DNA from: an uncultured archaeon
GTDB lineage: Archaea > Asgardarchaeota > Lokiarchaeia > Sigyniarchaeales > SOKP01
Assembly (NCBI GenBank): GCA_964447495.1
Contig: CAYUTF010000085.1
Coordinates: forward strand, 1 to 13,948
Length of the DNA stretch: 13,948 nucleotides
Direction: 5' to 3'
Shown: piece after piece, positions 13,942-13,948 of the stretch
Numbering within the stretch: the first letter of the stretch is position 1
How the letters are laid out: each line of letters opens with the position of its first letter
Notes under the pieces: model-generated
Databases searched by the model: none
The model's input: the letters and a program-made list of their open reading frames with translations, nothing else
What the model was told of the DNA's origin: nothing
Position numbers and translations under genes: made by a program

Positions 13942-13948
13942 CGAGAAT

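Noticed and set aside
1-13948. Stop-codon reassignment suggested by the many short ORFs
   Set aside because: Long genes are intact in code 11, and TAA, TAG and TGA all end genes at coupled junctions.
1-13948. Archaeal virus origin suggested by Zn-finger richness and leaderless genes
   Set aside because: Repeated TTGACA/TATAAT promoters with 17-18 nt spacers and a hairpin-U terminator indicate a bacterial host.

Overview
Fragment of a tailed dsDNA bacteriophage genome (probably podovirus-like) that uses the standard genetic code. The left half (1-6905, minus strand) is a packaging/virion operon. In order it holds a TerS-like protein, three very basic mini-proteins (two missing from the ORF track) around a holin-like membrane protein, terminase large subunit, a Cys-His-Glu papain/transglutaminase-like protease, a small membrane protein, the portal, and a large glycine-zipper protein (missing from the track) running off the left edge. 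The right half (7023-13948, plus strand) is a dense array of small accessory/early genes: many Zn fingers, an HNH nuclease, a DenV-like pyrimidine-dimer glycosylase and an HTH protein. Six sigma70-type promoters, all with extended -10 elements, are visible, and two give exactly leaderless mRNAs. Tandem GAAC-N4-GTGC LexA-like boxes, a structured 5' leader, an operator-like dyad pair and an intrinsic terminator cluster at 8.9-10 kb. The DNA is strongly CpG-depleted except for two patches. Host inference (a Gram-positive-type LexA lineage, possibly Chloroflexota/Dehalococcoidia) is tentative. All calls are by eye; no database searches were run.
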